From Pusillimonas sp. UBA3987 (lineage in GTDB: Bacteria > Pseudomonadota > Gammaproteobacteria > Burkholderiales > Burkholderiaceae_B), in contig DGCD01000017.1 in assembly GCA_002384935.1 (NCBI GenBank), positions 18,680 through 82,679 of the forward strand: a stretch of DNA of 64,000 nucleotides, written 5' to 3'. The notes beneath the pieces are model-generated. The model was not told the origin of the DNA, made no database searches, and saw only the letters and a list, made by a program, of their open reading frames with translations. The position numbers and the translations under genes are program-made. Positions 43,416-54,571 of this stretch are shown piece after piece (the first letter of the stretch is position 1; every line of letters starts with the position of its first letter).

Positions 43416-44167
43416 TTATTTTCCTGGGATACGGCAACCGGCAGCGTCAATTGCGCATTCTTTCGTGCACGCGCACGCCCGCTTTTTGCCGGTGCCATTT
43501 GCTGAATTGAAGCAATTACCTGGGTAGCAGCCAGTTGCTCCGCCGCCCGGCGGCTGGAGCCAGACGCCATGACTTTAATATCGAGCTTGGGTACCGAACA
43601 CTCAACATCGAACATCTGATTATGTGCCGCGCCATGCGTACCAACAACGGTATATTGAGGCAGTTCCAGCTTGCGGCCCTGAAGCAACTCCTGCAAAAGT
43701 GTTTTGGGGTCCTTGCCCAGGGTTTTGGGATCGACATTCTCCAGCATGGGGGCATATAAATCGCCAATAACCTTGCGCGCTGCATCAAAACCCTGGTCGA
43801 GGAAAACCGCGCCAAAAACCGCTTCGAGTGCGTCAGCCAAAATGGACGGGCGTCGAAAGCCACCGCTTTTCAATTCGCCCTCGCCCAACCGGAGAAAATT
43901 CGACAATTGAAGCCTCTGGGCGATTTCCGCCAATGAGGCCTGTTTCACCAGGTTCGCACGCAATCGGGACAAATCCCCTTCATCGACCTTTGGGAACTGG
44001 TTAAACAATAAGGATGCCACGACAAAATTCAGTATGGCGTCGCCCAGGAACTCAAACCGCTCATTGTGACGGGCGTTATGGCTTCGATGCGTTAATGCTT
44101 GTTCAAGCAATAATGGGTCGGAAAAGGTATAACCCAGCGCTTTCTCAAGATTTGCAAGCTTTTCCAT
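43412..44167 (-). CDS. rnc: Ribonuclease III
   Basis: [13 protein letters not shown] signature and a dsRBD; 251 aa. Confidence 0.97.
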   Translation of the reverse strand: MEKLANLEKALGYTFSDPLLLEQALTHRSHNARHNERFEFLGDAILNFVVASLLFNQFPKVDEGDLSRLRANLVKQASLAEIAQRLQLSNFLRLGEGELKSGGFRRPSILADALEAVFGAVFLDQGFDAARKVIGDLYAPMLENVDPKTLGKDPKTLLQELLQGRKLELPQYTVVGTHGAAHNQMFDVECSVPKLDIKVMASGSSRRAAEQLAATQVIASIQQMAPAKSGRARARKNAQLTLPVAVSQENK

Positions 44168-45054
44168 TAGTTAAACCGACCTATTCGACCCAAGTCACCG
44201 AAATTCATCCATACAAAGAACGCACGGCCCACAATATTTTCGTCGGGCACGAACCCCCAATAACGGCTATCGAGACTGTTGTCGCGATTATCACCCATGA
44301 CAAAATAATGTCCTTCCGGCACCAGGCACCGGACACCACCTGAAAAATAATTACAATTTTCCCTGTAGGGGTAGTCGGTAATGGGCATGAAATCCTGACG
44401 CCGCTGACGATCCAGCAAAATTCGATGCTGGTTTGTCCCGAACGTTTCAATGAATTCGCTGACATACGTCGAGCGATCCGGCTCATAAAAGTCGCCGGCA
44501 CGCTCGAGCGGCACCTCCTTGCCATTCAGGTAAAGCGCCTTATTGCGATAGAGCACCTCATCACCGGGTACACCGACCACGCGCTTGATATAGTCTACAT
44601 CGGTATCCACAGGATAACGAAATACAATCACATCTCCCCGTTCAGGGTTTCCCACAGGAACCACTTTACGATCAATAACGGGCAAGCGAATACCGTAGTC
44701 AAACTTATTAACCAGGATTAAATCGCCATTTTGTAAAGTGGGCAACATTGAGCCTGAGGGTATGCGAAATGGTTCAACAATAAAGGAACGCAACACAAAA
44801 ACGAAAAGAATCACTGGAAAGAAACTAACGCAGTACTCGATAAACCAGGGCACTTTATGCGCTTTTTCATACGCTTCGCGCCTTAGTTTTGCGGCTTCAA
44901 CCGACCCCACTCCCGCAGGGGCGGCATCATACCGCGCCATTTCCGCAGCAGCACGTTTACGCCTGCGAGACCGCAGGAAGAAATAGTCGAGAGACCAGAC
45001 AATACCGGTAACGACCAGCAAAACAAATAAAATCAGCGCGAAATCCCAACTCAT
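44167..45054 (-). CDS. lepB: Signal peptidase I
   Basis: PSGSMLPTL catalytic Ser box and [14 protein letters not shown] box. Confidence 0.97.
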   Translation of the reverse strand: MSWDFALILFVLLVVTGIVWSLDYFFLRSRRRKRAAAEMARYDAAPAGVGSVEAAKLRREAYEKAHKVPWFIEYCVSFFPVILFVFVLRSFIVEPFRIPSGSMLPTLQNGDLILVNKFDYGIRLPVIDRKVVPVGNPERGDVIVFRYPVDTDVDYIKRVVGVPGDEVLYRNKALYLNGKEVPLERAGDFYEPDRSTYVSEFIETFGTNQHRILLDRQRRQDFMPITDYPYRENCNYFSGGVRCLVPEGHYFVMGDNRDNSLDSRYWGFVPDENIVGRAFFVWMNFGDLGRIGRFN

Positions 45055-45087
45055 ATCGTTATTTATTCCTATTGCCCCAACGCCACA

Positions 45088-46881
45088 TTATTTGTCATCG
45101 ACCTGAAGAATCGCAAGAAAAGCCTCCTGCGGAATTTCAACGTTACCGACCTGCTTCATGCGTTTTTTACCGGCTTTCTGTTTCTCGAGCAGTTTTTTCT
45201 TGCGCGAGATGTCGCCACCATAACATTTGGCTAGAACATTCTTGCGCAAGGCTTTTACACTTTCACGCGCAATGATTTCCGAGCCGATTGCCGCCTGAAT
45301 GGCAATATCGAACATTTGGCGGGGAATCAGGCCACGCATTTTAGAGCAGACTTGACGCCCGCGATAACGTGCGTTGCTTCGGTGCACCATCATCGACAGC
45401 GCATCGACACGATCTCCGTTGATCAGCAGGTCCACCCGAACAACATCCGAGGAACGATACTCGATGAAGTCATAATCCATCGACGCATAGCCGCGCGACA
45501 CCGATTTCAGGCGATCGAAGAAATCGAGGACGATTTCTGCCAGCGGCATTTCGTAAATCAGCTGAACCTGGCGACCATGGTATGTCATATCGTCCTGGAT
45601 GCCTCGCTTGTTGTTACACAGCGCCATGACCGGCCCCACGTAATCCTGCGGCATGAACAAAGTCACTTTGACGATAGGTTCACGGATATCGGTAATGGCC
45701 CCCACCTCCGGCATGCGCGACGGGCTTTCAACCATAATCACCGTGCCGTCACGCTGCTCGACCTCGTACACAACAGACGGCGCTGTCGTGATAATGTCCA
45801 TGTCGAATTCACGTTCCAGCCGCTCCTGCACAATTTCCATATGCAGTAGACCGAGAAAGCCACACCGGAAACCAAAACCCAAAGCCTGGGAGACCTCGGG
45901 TTCAAACATGAGCGAAGAATCATTCAGACGCAGTTTTTCCAGCGAGTCACGCAGTTGGTCGTACTCACTGCTTTCAACCGGATACAAACCCGCAAAAACC
46001 TGCGGCTTCACTTCCTTGAATCCAGGTAGCGGCTTATCGGCCGGACGGTTCGCCAAGGTTACCGTATCACCCACCTTGGCATTCTCCAACTCTTTGATTC
46101 CGGCAATCACAAAACCGACCTGCCCCGCCGATAGCTGTTCGCACGGGACCGATTTCGGCGTGAAAATACCAATTTGCTCGCACAAATGTGTGAAACCTGT
46201 CGCCATCAGGCGAATCTTGTCTTTTGGCTTCAATACGCCATTGACAATACGCAGGAGCATCACAACGCCCACATAGTTGTCGAACCAGGAATCGATAATA
46301 AGCGCTTGCAACGGCGCATCGGGATCTCCTTTCGGAGGCGGCACCTTGGCAACGACCTGCTCGAGAATCTCATCAATACCCATACCGGTTTTGGCACTGG
46401 CCAAAACAGCTTCCGAGGCGTCAAGACCAATCACATCCTCAATTTCCTGGCGGGCGGCGTCAGGCTCGGCTGAGGGCAAGTCCATCTTGTTCAACACCGG
46501 GATCACTTCAACGCCCTGTTCGATCGCGGTGTAGCAATTCGCGACAGTCTGGGCCTCGACCCCCTGGGAAGCATCCACGACAAGCAAAGCCCCCTCGCAA
46601 GCCGACAATGACCGACTCACCTCATAGGAAAAATCAACATGGCCCGGCGTATCGATCAGATTCAAAGCATAGACTTTTCCGTCTTTTGCCGTGTAGGCCA
46701 GCGAGGCCGTCTGGGCCTTGATCGTAATGCCACGCTCACGTTCGATATCCATCGAATCGAGCACTTGCGCAGCCATTTCGCGGTCTTGCAGGCCACCGCA
46801 ACGATGAATCAGGCGGTCAGCCAAGGTGGATTTACCATGGTCGATATGGGCAATAATGGAAAAATTGCGGATGTGGTTCAT
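45088..46881 (-). CDS. lepA: Elongation factor 4 (LepA)
   Basis: [15 protein letters not shown]; 597 aa; C-terminal LepA domain. Confidence 0.98.
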   Translation of the reverse strand: MNHIRNFSIIAHIDHGKSTLADRLIHRCGGLQDREMAAQVLDSMDIERERGITIKAQTASLAYTAKDGKVYALNLIDTPGHVDFSYEVSRSLSACEGALLVVDASQGVEAQTVANCYTAIEQGVEVIPVLNKMDLPSAEPDAARQEIEDVIGLDASEAVLASAKTGMGIDEILEQVVAKVPPPKGDPDAPLQALIIDSWFDNYVGVVMLLRIVNGVLKPKDKIRLMATGFTHLCEQIGIFTPKSVPCEQLSAGQVGFVIAGIKELENAKVGDTVTLANRPADKPLPGFKEVKPQVFAGLYPVESSEYDQLRDSLEKLRLNDSSLMFEPEVSQALGFGFRCGFLGLLHMEIVQERLEREFDMDIITTAPSVVYEVEQRDGTVIMVESPSRMPEVGAITDIREPIVKVTLFMPQDYVGPVMALCNNKRGIQDDMTYHGRQVQLIYEMPLAEIVLDFFDRLKSVSRGYASMDYDFIEYRSSDVVRVDLLINGDRVDALSMMVHRSNARYRGRQVCSKMRGLIPRQMFDIAIQAAIGSEIIARESVKALRKNVLAKCYGGDISRKKKLLEKQKAGKKRMKQVGNVEIPQEAFLAILQVDDK

Positions 46882-46939
46882 AAACCTGAATGGATGAAAT
46901 CCGGGCTGAGACGACAGCCACGGATAAAAACGATAAGCA

Positions 46940-46968
46940 AAAAGAGGAGCGCACTGGGCGCCCCTCTT
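46940..46968 (-). terminator. Rho-independent terminator after degP (minus strand)
   Basis: Minus strand reads AAGAGGGGCGCccagtGCGCTCCTCTTttt. Confidence 0.7.
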
Positions 46969-47002
46969 GTAGCGACAACCGCATTTTAGCCGGTTTGGCG
47001 AA

Positions 47003-48487
47003 TTATTTCGTCGGCGTCACGACAATCCACTGGGATTGCCCTTCACGATACACCAGTAATGCGGCATTTTTTGAGGTGTCGAGCCCCGCGACGGTTTTGG
47101 CGAACTGTTCGGGATTGGTAATATCCGTATCATTCACCGTCAGGATGATATCTCCCGGTGCAATACCCGCCGTGGCTGCCGGCCCCTTGGCCGCCGTCAC
47201 CATGACACCTTGCTTCAGGCTCTCGCTCTTGAGCACATCGGCAGGCACCGCCTGGACTCCCAAACCCAGTACGTCAGTTGACATTTCCTCGGCCTGTGAA
47301 CCCGTATTAGCCTGGGCTGCGGCTTCGTCGGACTCAAACTCCCCAACGCGGACACGCAACGATACCTCTTTGCCTTTGCGCCATACTTTCATGGTTGCAC
47401 GGGTATCAGGTTTGGTTCCCCCAACGATTCGAGGCAGGTCCGACCACTGAGCAATGGGTTCGCCATTGAAGTCGGTAATGACATCGCCTGCCTGAACACC
47501 TGCTTTATCGGCAGGCCCATCACGCTGAACGTTACTGACCATTGCACCACTGGCACTGTCTAACCCGATTGCCTTGGCTACTTCTTCGGAAACCGGACCG
47601 ATTTGTACACCAATGCGCCCGCGGGTAACTTTGCCATGCTCTTTGAGTTGCTCAACGACACGCATGGCTTCATCAATGGGAATTGCAAGCGAGATACCCA
47701 TGAAGCCGCCGCTTCGGGATACGATCTGTGAGTTAATACCCACGACCTCACCAGCCAGGTTCAAGAGCGGACCTCCGGAATTGCCGGGATTCACAGCAAC
47801 ATCGGTTTGAATGAATGGAAGATAATCACCGGTATCCCGGTTAATCGCACTGACGATACCCGAGGTAACGGTCGACTCCAGGCCGAAAGGAGAGCCAATA
47901 GCCAACACCCACTGCCCTTTCTTGAGTGTGGTTGACGTACCAATGGGCAGCGGCTTCAGGTCTTGCGCATCGATTTTGATTAGCGCAACGTCAGTGCGCG
48001 CGTCTGTACCAATCACCTCGGCCTTGTATTCCTGGCCGTCGGTCAGCGTCACCTGGATATCGGAAGCCCCCGCGACAACGTGAGTGTTGGTCAGAATATA
48101 GCCATCTTCGGAAATAATGAACCCGGAACCAACGCCCCTGGGAACAGTGCGTTCCTGAGGCTGCGCTCCATCAGGAGCCGGCGCGCCGCCGGGGGGACCA
48201 CCACGACCGGGCGGCACAAAATCGGGGCCGAAAAACCAACGGAACAGCTCATAGGGATCGGAACCCGGCCCCATCTGAGAACCAACAGGAATGCTCTCGG
48301 TCGTACGAATATTCACAACCGACCCTTCCGATTGCGCCACCACTTCGGTGAAGTCGGGAACCGTTAATGTCGGTACGGCCGCCGTTTGCGCCTGAACCGA
48401 AACACTCGCCCCTAGCAGGGTACAAGCAACCATCGCGCCAGCAAAAAACCGTTTCACACGTTCTTCAACGCGGGTTGTTCGCATCAT
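47003..48487 (-). CDS. Periplasmic serine endoprotease DegP/MucD (Do family)
   Basis: Signal peptide, GNSGGPL catalytic Ser, two PDZ domains; 494 aa. Confidence 0.93.
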   Translation of the reverse strand: MMRTTRVEERVKRFFAGAMVACTLLGASVSVQAQTAAVPTLTVPDFTEVVAQSEGSVVNIRTTESIPVGSQMGPGSDPYELFRWFFGPDFVPPGRGGPPGGAPAPDGAQPQERTVPRGVGSGFIISEDGYILTNTHVVAGASDIQVTLTDGQEYKAEVIGTDARTDVALIKIDAQDLKPLPIGTSTTLKKGQWVLAIGSPFGLESTVTSGIVSAINRDTGDYLPFIQTDVAVNPGNSGGPLLNLAGEVVGINSQIVSRSGGFMGISLAIPIDEAMRVVEQLKEHGKVTRGRIGVQIGPVSEEVAKAIGLDSASGAMVSNVQRDGPADKAGVQAGDVITDFNGEPIAQWSDLPRIVGGTKPDTRATMKVWRKGKEVSLRVRVGEFESDEAAAQANTGSQAEEMSTDVLGLGVQAVPADVLKSESLKQGVMVTAAKGPAATAGIAPGDIILTVNDTDITNPEQFAKTVAGLDTSKNAALLVYREGQSQWIVVTPTK

Positions 48488-48507
48488 GAAATCTCCTTGA
48501 AAATGAA

Positions 48508-49527
48508 TTATTGCTGTCCGGCCGGCGGCGCGACATATTGCGTTTGCTCGGCAATACCTTGCAAAGTCGACGTAGGAATAATACCCACGGCAGTCAGCCA
48601 GTAATCACCAATCCGTGTTCCGTAAACATTAATTGCGCCGTTACGCATGGCACCCTTGTGAAGGGTGCGTGCATCATTGGCCGCATCGAACACTTCAATG
48701 AACACCGACACTGTCGCCAGCCCATCAGACAACACCACATGCTTTACCGCATCGCCCGACTTCATTGGGCGAGCCAGTTGCTTTGAAAACGAGAAGCCGG
48801 AAGGTGACTGAATACGCCACCCCAACTCCGTAACGTCGATATCACGTGTTGAAATTTGTACCTTGTCCCAATCCGACGTATCCCAGGAAGAGTCCAACCC
48901 TTCACGGACAACATCTTCTCCTGTTTGTAGCATGGTAAAGGCAATCTCATCGATAACATCCTGGTCACTGACGGTTTGAGCCTTGATTAATAATTTAGTT
49001 TCCGTGTCGACACAAAATTTGTAACCATATCGATCTTCCGAGCGTGGTTCAACGTGGATCATCTGACACTCGCGCCCGGCAACACGCGTGATGTCTGCCT
49101 CACTGACAGACAACTCATAATATTCAGAAATCGCGTCGGTGTTGCCCAAAAACAGGCTGGGAAAACGATCTGTCCGCGCCTTGTCGATCAATACAAGGTT
49201 TTTCTCTGGAACCAAACAGAGCTGGGTTTCATTATGCCGAATAAACTCTCGCGGTGAACCATCCAGCACTTCGAGTCGCTCGCGCTCGCCGGTACCGTCA
49301 ACCACATGAATAATTCGCGATGAGCGCATGGTTCCGCTCTCGGTATAAGTAAACACGCCGGCATAATCGGTGTTGCGTGCTGCTTGCTGTGCCTGTTGCA
49401 ACAATTCGAATGCGGCTTTATAAGGCTTCTCGCTCTCTTGCGCCTGCACCGACGGCAAGCAAGCCAGCGCCCCCATCAACAGCCAAGCCAGATGCCAGGC
49501 AGACATTTGCCGAGTTACCCTTCTCAT
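48508..49527 (-). CDS. rseB: Sigma-E regulatory protein RseB/MucB
   Basis: 339 aa, signal peptide, operon position after the anti-sigma factor, MucB_RseB-like sequence. Confidence 0.85.
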   Translation of the reverse strand: MRRVTRQMSAWHLAWLLMGALACLPSVQAQESEKPYKAAFELLQQAQQAARNTDYAGVFTYTESGTMRSSRIIHVVDGTGERERLEVLDGSPREFIRHNETQLCLVPEKNLVLIDKARTDRFPSLFLGNTDAISEYYELSVSEADITRVAGRECQMIHVEPRSEDRYGYKFCVDTETKLLIKAQTVSDQDVIDEIAFTMLQTGEDVVREGLDSSWDTSDWDKVQISTRDIDVTELGWRIQSPSGFSFSKQLARPMKSGDAVKHVVLSDGLATVSVFIEVFDAANDARTLHKGAMRNGAINVYGTRIGDYWLTAVGIIPTSTLQGIAEQTQYVAPPAGQQ

Positions 49528-50021
49528 TGCGTTGCGGCCCCCGCCTGAAACGAGACTTGCCGAACCGGATTCACACCGGCAAACTGCTGATGTGCACTCA
49601 CGTAATCGTGCAACCCGGAATCATCCGCCGCGGCCAACATGGGCGGCGCCTCGTTGACCTGCCCGCCCACAAAATAAGGTAGCGCAACCCATACAACCGA
49701 GGCCACGGCTGCCGCCACCGCCAGGCCCGATACCCCCGCGCGCCAGACAGGTGAGGTTTTGCGCAGCCGGGGGGCAACAATAACCGGTTCGTCGTCTATT
49801 GCTTTTGACACACGGGCATAGAAACGGTCTGAGGGCTGCACTGCCAGCTCTTTGCTACGCATTACATCGCCGATCAAGTGGTAGGTGTCCCACAGCTGCC
49901 TGCCATAAGGGGTATCGAGATCTTCCGCCCGAATTTGCGCTTCCCCATCAACCCAGGCCGAAACACTCTCTTCCCATGAAGAATCGTAATCGGAACGCGT
50001 CTGAGTATGCATAATTGTCAC
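49524..50021 (-). CDS. Anti-sigma-E factor RseA/MucA-like
   Basis: N-terminal SAWVDGE motif, central TM, position between rpoE and rseB. Confidence 0.8.
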   Translation of the reverse strand: MTIMHTQTRSDYDSSWEESVSAWVDGEAQIRAEDLDTPYGRQLWDTYHLIGDVMRSKELAVQPSDRFYARVSKAIDDEPVIVAPRLRKTSPVWRAGVSGLAVAAAVASVVWVALPYFVGGQVNEAPPMLAAADDSGLHDYVSAHQQFAGVNPVRQVSFQAGAATQ

Positions 50022-50024
50022 TCC

Positions 50025-50627
50025 TTACCACCGTTGCGTCTCTGCGCCCGTGCCCAGCACAGGGCGCAGTTGCGCCGCAATTGCCTCTCGCGCGCGAAAA
50101 ATACGCGAGCGAACTGTTCCTATGGGGCAACCCATTGACTGGGCAATATCCTCATAGCTCATACCTTCAATTTCCCTTAACACAATAGCCGTGCGCAACT
50201 CTTCCGGTAGCGCATCGATTGCCTCATTAACCGTACTGACCACTTGCCTGCTGGCCAGAACCGATTCGGGCGTGCTGATATCGGTTAGGTTATCAATTTG
50301 GTCAAAAGTTTCATCGTCTTCGTTTGAAACAATTGAAGAAGACATTGGGCGACGTTGACTTGAGGCCTGCCAATTCCGTGCCGTATTGATCGCGATGCGA
50401 TACAGCCACGTATAAAACGCGCTATCGCCGCGAAACTGAGGCAAGGCACGATACGCCTTGATAAACGCTTCTTGAGCCACATCCTCAACTTCGGACGGTT
50501 CACGAATCATGCGCGACAATAAGCGCATGATTTTGCGCTGGTATTTCAATACCAGTAAATCGTACGCCCGCTTGTCTCCGCGTTGAACACGCGCAACCAG
50601 TTCTGCATCGACATCACGCTCGCTCAC
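50025..50627 (-). CDS. rpoE: RNA polymerase sigma-24 (RpoE/AlgU)
   Basis: ECF sigma regions 2 and 4 (LV.RVQRGDKRAYDLLV.KYQ, FRGDSAFYTWLYRIA.N). I prefer GTG at 50627 (VSERDVD..., G-rich SD) over the track start at 50678. Confidence 0.9.
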   Translation of the reverse strand: MSERDVDAELVARVQRGDKRAYDLLVLKYQRKIMRLLSRMIREPSEVEDVAQEAFIKAYRALPQFRGDSAFYTWLYRIAINTARNWQASSQRRPMSSSIVSNEDDETFDQIDNLTDISTPESVLASRQVVSTVNEAIDALPEELRTAIVLREIEGMSYEDIAQSMGCPIGTVRSRIFRAREAIAAQLRPVLGTGAETQRW

Positions 50628-51048
50628 GCACACCCCCCACCATCGCGATGTGTTGAGCGACCTGCATACCCAGCGCACGCCAGGCCGGCTCGGATACTCG
50701 AGATTTCCAGACTGTTAATTCCATAATTCGGTTCGCCCCGGAAGCTTCCTGTGTAAAGCGCAGTGTAGTCCAGACCCCATTAGGCCAGACCCGCTCCAAT
50801 GATACCCGACGTTCACCTTCGCGATGGGCAGTGTAAATCCACCCTCCCTCCTCAAAACGCAGGGAGCCCCGCACGAATAAAGAATGCATGACACGACGCC
50901 GACAAAACATGAAAGCAACCAGCGTCGTGCCGGAAAACAGTGCAAGACTGTGAGACAGAAGAATTGATGCTGCCAGCAAAAGTACAAGAGTAGCGGCAAA
51001 CCATACCCACAACGGGGTACCGATTTGCCACTCAGTGGAATTTTGCAT
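50614..51048 (-). CDS. Small two-TM membrane protein, YgfX/CptA-like (DUF1434-type) candidate
   Basis: 144 aa. Two N-terminal TM helices, a basic CRRR segment, then LRFEEGGW...RV.P..VWTTLRF....R.MELTVWKSRVSEPAWRAL. This parallels my recollection of E. coli YgfX (...LRL....KRQHLWLAADSMDEAEWRDL). Confidence 0.45.
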   Translation of the reverse strand: MQNSTEWQIGTPLWVWFAATLVLLLAASILLSHSLALFSGTTLVAFMFCRRRVMHSLFVRGSLRFEEGGWIYTAHREGERRVSLERVWPNGVWTTLRFTQEASGANRIMELTVWKSRVSEPAWRALGMQVAQHIAMVGGVRERA

Positions 51049-51062
51049 TCCGCTGGCCCGGC

Positions 51063-52292
51063 TTAAATCCGTCGCACCAGCATTGACCCGTTCGTGCCGC
51101 CGAAACCAAACGAGTTAGACAGGGCCACATCAATTTTCAGGTCGCGTGCCTCATTGGCACAATAATCGAGATCACACTCCGGATCTTGATTAAAAATATT
51201 AATAGTGGGAGGAGATACCTGATGATAAACCGCCAGCGTAGTGAAAACCGCCTCTATCCCGCCAGCCGCCCCCAGCAAATGCCCTGTCATGGATTTGGTG
51301 GAGTTAACGACCAATTTGCGTGCATGATCGCCGAAAGCCAGTTTTAACGCTTCCGTTTCGTTTTTATCACCCAGGGGTGTCGAGGTGCCGTGAGCATTAA
51401 TATAAGAGATCTCGGTAGGATCAATACCCCCGTTGCGCATGGCCAGCAACATGCCGCGCCGCGGGCCGTCTTTATCGGGCGAGGTAATGTGATGCGCATC
51501 GGAGCTCATACCGTAGCCAGCAAACTCGCCATAAATTCGGGCTCCCCGTTTACGGGCGTGCTCATACTCCTCAAGCACCAGGGCTCCAGCCCCTTCGCCA
51601 AGCACAAAACCATCGCGATCGACATCCCAGGGACGGGAAGCGGCCTGAGGATCATCATTTCGGGTAGACAAGGCCCGCATGGCGGCAAAACCGCCGACAC
51701 CCAGGGGTGAAACAGTCGATTCCGCACCCCCGGCAACCATGACGTCTGCATCGCCGTACTCGATCAGGCGTGCGGCATCACCAATGGAGTGCAACCCTGT
51801 TGTGCAGGCCGAAACCACTGCATAACTGGGTCCTTTCAGGCCCAACATGATGGATAATTGTCCTGAAACAAGATTGATGAGCGAGCCCGGCACAAAAAAT
51901 GGCGAAATACGCCGCGCACCGCGCGACAGGTATTCAGACTGTGTTTCTTCAATACGGGGCAAGCCACCAATACCCGAACCAACAATGACGCCGATACGAT
52001 CGGCATTCTGCTCATTCACATCCAGGCCCGCATCTTTCCACGCCTGCACACCGGCAGCCACGCCATAATGAATAAACGTATCCATTTGCTTGGCTTCCTT
52101 GGCCGACATGTAGTCCGTGACGTCGAAATCCTTGACTTCCGCCGCGATCTGCGCGTTCAGACCTGACGCATCAAAACGTGTGATATGACTCACACCCGAA
52201 CGCCCACTCACCAAATTACTCCAGGCGTTGTCGATATCATTCCCTACGGGCGAAATAATACCCAGACCCGTTATGACGACACGTCGCTTCAC
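51063..52292 (-). CDS. fabF: 3-oxoacyl-ACP synthase II
   Basis: 409 aa, KAS II sequence (SACTTG active-site Cys, HGTSTP, GFGGTNG). GTG start. Confidence 0.97.
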   Translation of the reverse strand: MKRRVVITGLGIISPVGNDIDNAWSNLVSGRSGVSHITRFDASGLNAQIAAEVKDFDVTDYMSAKEAKQMDTFIHYGVAAGVQAWKDAGLDVNEQNADRIGVIVGSGIGGLPRIEETQSEYLSRGARRISPFFVPGSLINLVSGQLSIMLGLKGPSYAVVSACTTGLHSIGDAARLIEYGDADVMVAGGAESTVSPLGVGGFAAMRALSTRNDDPQAASRPWDVDRDGFVLGEGAGALVLEEYEHARKRGARIYGEFAGYGMSSDAHHITSPDKDGPRRGMLLAMRNGGIDPTEISYINAHGTSTPLGDKNETEALKLAFGDHARKLVVNSTKSMTGHLLGAAGGIEAVFTTLAVYHQVSPPTINIFNQDPECDLDYCANEARDLKIDVALSNSFGFGGTNGSMLVRRI

Positions 52293-52431
52293 AGATGACT
52301 CCTAGAAATAAAAAAGCGGTTTGAAGCCAGCCTATTTATGCAAGCGCAAATACAGCCACTGCCAATAAGCCATCTAGAAACCGCCCCGACCCGAGCTGCG
52401 TTAAGCGCAACTCCGAGCCTTTTTGTTGAAA

Positions 52432-52671
52432 TTATTCTTTGCTGTGCGAGTTGATGTACTCGACGGCTTGTTGAACGGTCGTAATTTTTTCTGCTTCCTC
52501 GTCAGGGATTTCAGTTTCGAATTCGTCTTCGAGTGCCATTACGAGCTCGACCATATCGAGCGAATCGGCACCGAGGTCGTCAAGGAAGGAAGATTCGTTT
52601 TTGATCTCGGCTTCGTTAACGCCAAGTTGTTCAGCGACGATCTTCTTGACGCGCTGTTCGATGCTTTCCAT
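52432..52671 (-). CDS. acpP: Acyl carrier protein
   Basis: [17 protein letters not shown] phosphopantetheine site. ATG at 52671 ([10 protein letters not shown]). Confidence 0.97.
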   Translation of the reverse strand: MESIEQRVKKIVAEQLGVNEAEIKNESSFLDDLGADSLDMVELVMALEDEFETEIPDEEAEKITTVQQAVEYINSHSKE

Positions 52672-52844
52672 GCAGTTCTCCAATTAGGGAAAAATTCCCG
52701 CGAATTATAGCCAAACGTATTGAATAATAGGAAACGGCTATGACAAAAAAAACAGTGTTTCAATACTTGCCATACACAACAGCCGTACCGGCCAGAGCAT
52801 TGGAACACCTCGTACCAAAACAGGATTTTAACCTGTCTGAATCA

Positions 52845-53585
52845 TCACATGTACATCCCACCATTTACATGGAGCGTCGTACCTGTAATGTAACCTGCTT
52901 CTGGCGCTGCCAAAAACGCCACCGCGTTCGCAATATCGGCTGGCGCACCCAGGCGGCCCAGGGGAATCTGGGTTAAAAGCGCCGACGTTTGCGCCTCGCT
53001 CAATGCACGCGTCATATCAGTTTCAATAAAACCCGGCGCAACACAATTTACCGTAATGTCACGACTGCCAAGCTCTCGCGCCAGGGCTTTGGTCATCCCG
53101 GTCACGCCGGCTTTGGCCGCCGCGTAATTGGCCTGGCCTGCGTTGCCGCTGGCCCCAACCACCGAAGTGATATTGATTATTCGTCCCCAGCGCGCTTTCA
53201 TCATTGTCTTGATGACACCGCGCGATAAACGGAACACTGCGGAAAGATTAGTATTGATCACATCCGCCCAATCGTCATCCTTCAAGCGCATTGCCAGGTT
53301 GTCGCGCGTGATACCGGCATTGTTAACCAGAATATGCGGCCCACCTTCGTTGGCGCCAATATCGGCGAGCAGCGCATCGCATGCAGCATTGTCTGTGACA
53401 TTCAAAATGACACCGCGACCACCGATATCAGCCAGCATGGCTGAAATACTGTCGGCCCCGCTCTGGGAAGTCGCCGTGCCAATTACCTTCACACCACGTG
53501 CGGCCAACTCAAGGGCAATTGCCTTGCCAATTCCTCGCGTCGCACCGGTTACCAACGCAACCTTTCCTTCCAACTGCTCACTCAT
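52845..53585 (-). CDS. fabG: 3-oxoacyl-ACP reductase
   Basis: TGATRGIGKAIA and YAAAKAG SDR motifs; 246 aa. Confidence 0.95.
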   Translation of the reverse strand: MSEQLEGKVALVTGATRGIGKAIALELAARGVKVIGTATSQSGADSISAMLADIGGRGVILNVTDNAACDALLADIGANEGGPHILVNNAGITRDNLAMRLKDDDWADVINTNLSAVFRLSRGVIKTMMKARWGRIINITSVVGASGNAGQANYAAAKAGVTGMTKALARELGSRDITVNCVAPGFIETDMTRALSEAQTSALLTQIPLGRLGAPADIANAVAFLAAPEAGYITGTTLHVNGGMYM

Positions 53586-54520
53586 GATGCCCCCTTGATG
53601 GTTTCCAAAACCGAATCCAACGACGCCGGATCCGTAATCGACAAGCCGACAAGGTCACGGTCGATACGCTTGGTAAGGCCCGTCAGCACTTTGCCCGGTC
53701 CGCACTCTATGACGTGCGTCACACCCTGGGCTTTCATCGCCTGCAATGTCTCGACCCAGCGTACCGGATGCCATGCCTGACGAACCAACGCATCCTTGAT
53801 TGCCGCGGATTCCGTCGGGGAAGCCACATCGACATTATTGATCAGCGACACTTCAGGCGGCATCAGGTCAACCTCAGCCAACGCATTTTGAAGCACATTA
53901 GCGGCCGGCTTGAGCAAGCTTGAATGAAAAGGGGCGGAAACCGGCAACAGCAAAGCACGTTTGGCCCCGGCCTCGCGCGCGCGCTCACAAGCACGCTCTA
54001 CTGCCGCCTTGTGGCCCGCGATAACCACTTGGGCAGGCGCGTTGTAGTTGACAGCCTCGACCACCTCGTTTTGCGCGGACTCAACACACAACTGACGAAC
54101 CTGATCGTCATCCAGACCCAGAATGGCCGCCATCCCACCGCTGCCAACCGGCACCGCAGCCTGCATGGCATCGGCGCGAACCCGCACAAGACGCACGGCA
54201 TCGGCCAAAGAAAGCGCGTTAACTGCCGTCAGGGCGGAATACTCACCCAGGCTGTGCCCTGCCACGATATGCGGTATCGGGCCGCCCGCATCGCGCCAGG
54301 CGCGATAAACGGCAACCGAGGCGCTTAACATCACGGGTTGGGTGTTGGTGGTTAGATTCAGATCTTCAGCGGGACCTTGGGCAATAAGCGCCGCCAGGTC
54401 CTGCCCCAGCGCATCTGAAGCTTCGGCAAGCGCAGCCTGGACAGAGGAGTTGCCTGACCAGGCATCCATCATACCTACGGATTGAGACCCTTGCCCCGGA
54501 AATACAAAAGCAAATTTCAT
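53582..54520 (-). CDS. fabD: Malonyl CoA-ACP transacylase
   Basis: GHSLGEYSAL active site; FVFPGQGSQ. Confidence 0.95.
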   Translation of the reverse strand: MKFAFVFPGQGSQSVGMMDAWSGNSSVQAALAEASDALGQDLAALIAQGPAEDLNLTTNTQPVMLSASVAVYRAWRDAGGPIPHIVAGHSLGEYSALTAVNALSLADAVRLVRVRADAMQAAVPVGSGGMAAILGLDDDQVRQLCVESAQNEVVEAVNYNAPAQVVIAGHKAAVERACERAREAGAKRALLLPVSAPFHSSLLKPAANVLQNALAEVDLMPPEVSLINNVDVASPTESAAIKDALVRQAWHPVRWVETLQAMKAQGVTHVIECGPGKVLTGLTKRIDRDLVGLSITDPASLDSVLETIKGAS

Positions 54521-54571
54521 GACGATTGAACTGAGTTATTTGAACGCGAAATATGACAAATTTGCGTGATT

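Noticed and set aside
50628-51062. Looked for a sigma-E autoregulated promoter (GAACTT-N16/17-TCTGA type) upstream of rpoE.
   Set aside because: No GAACTT-like -35 (AAGTTC on the plus strand) is present in this interval. The promoter may lie further upstream or differ in this lineage.
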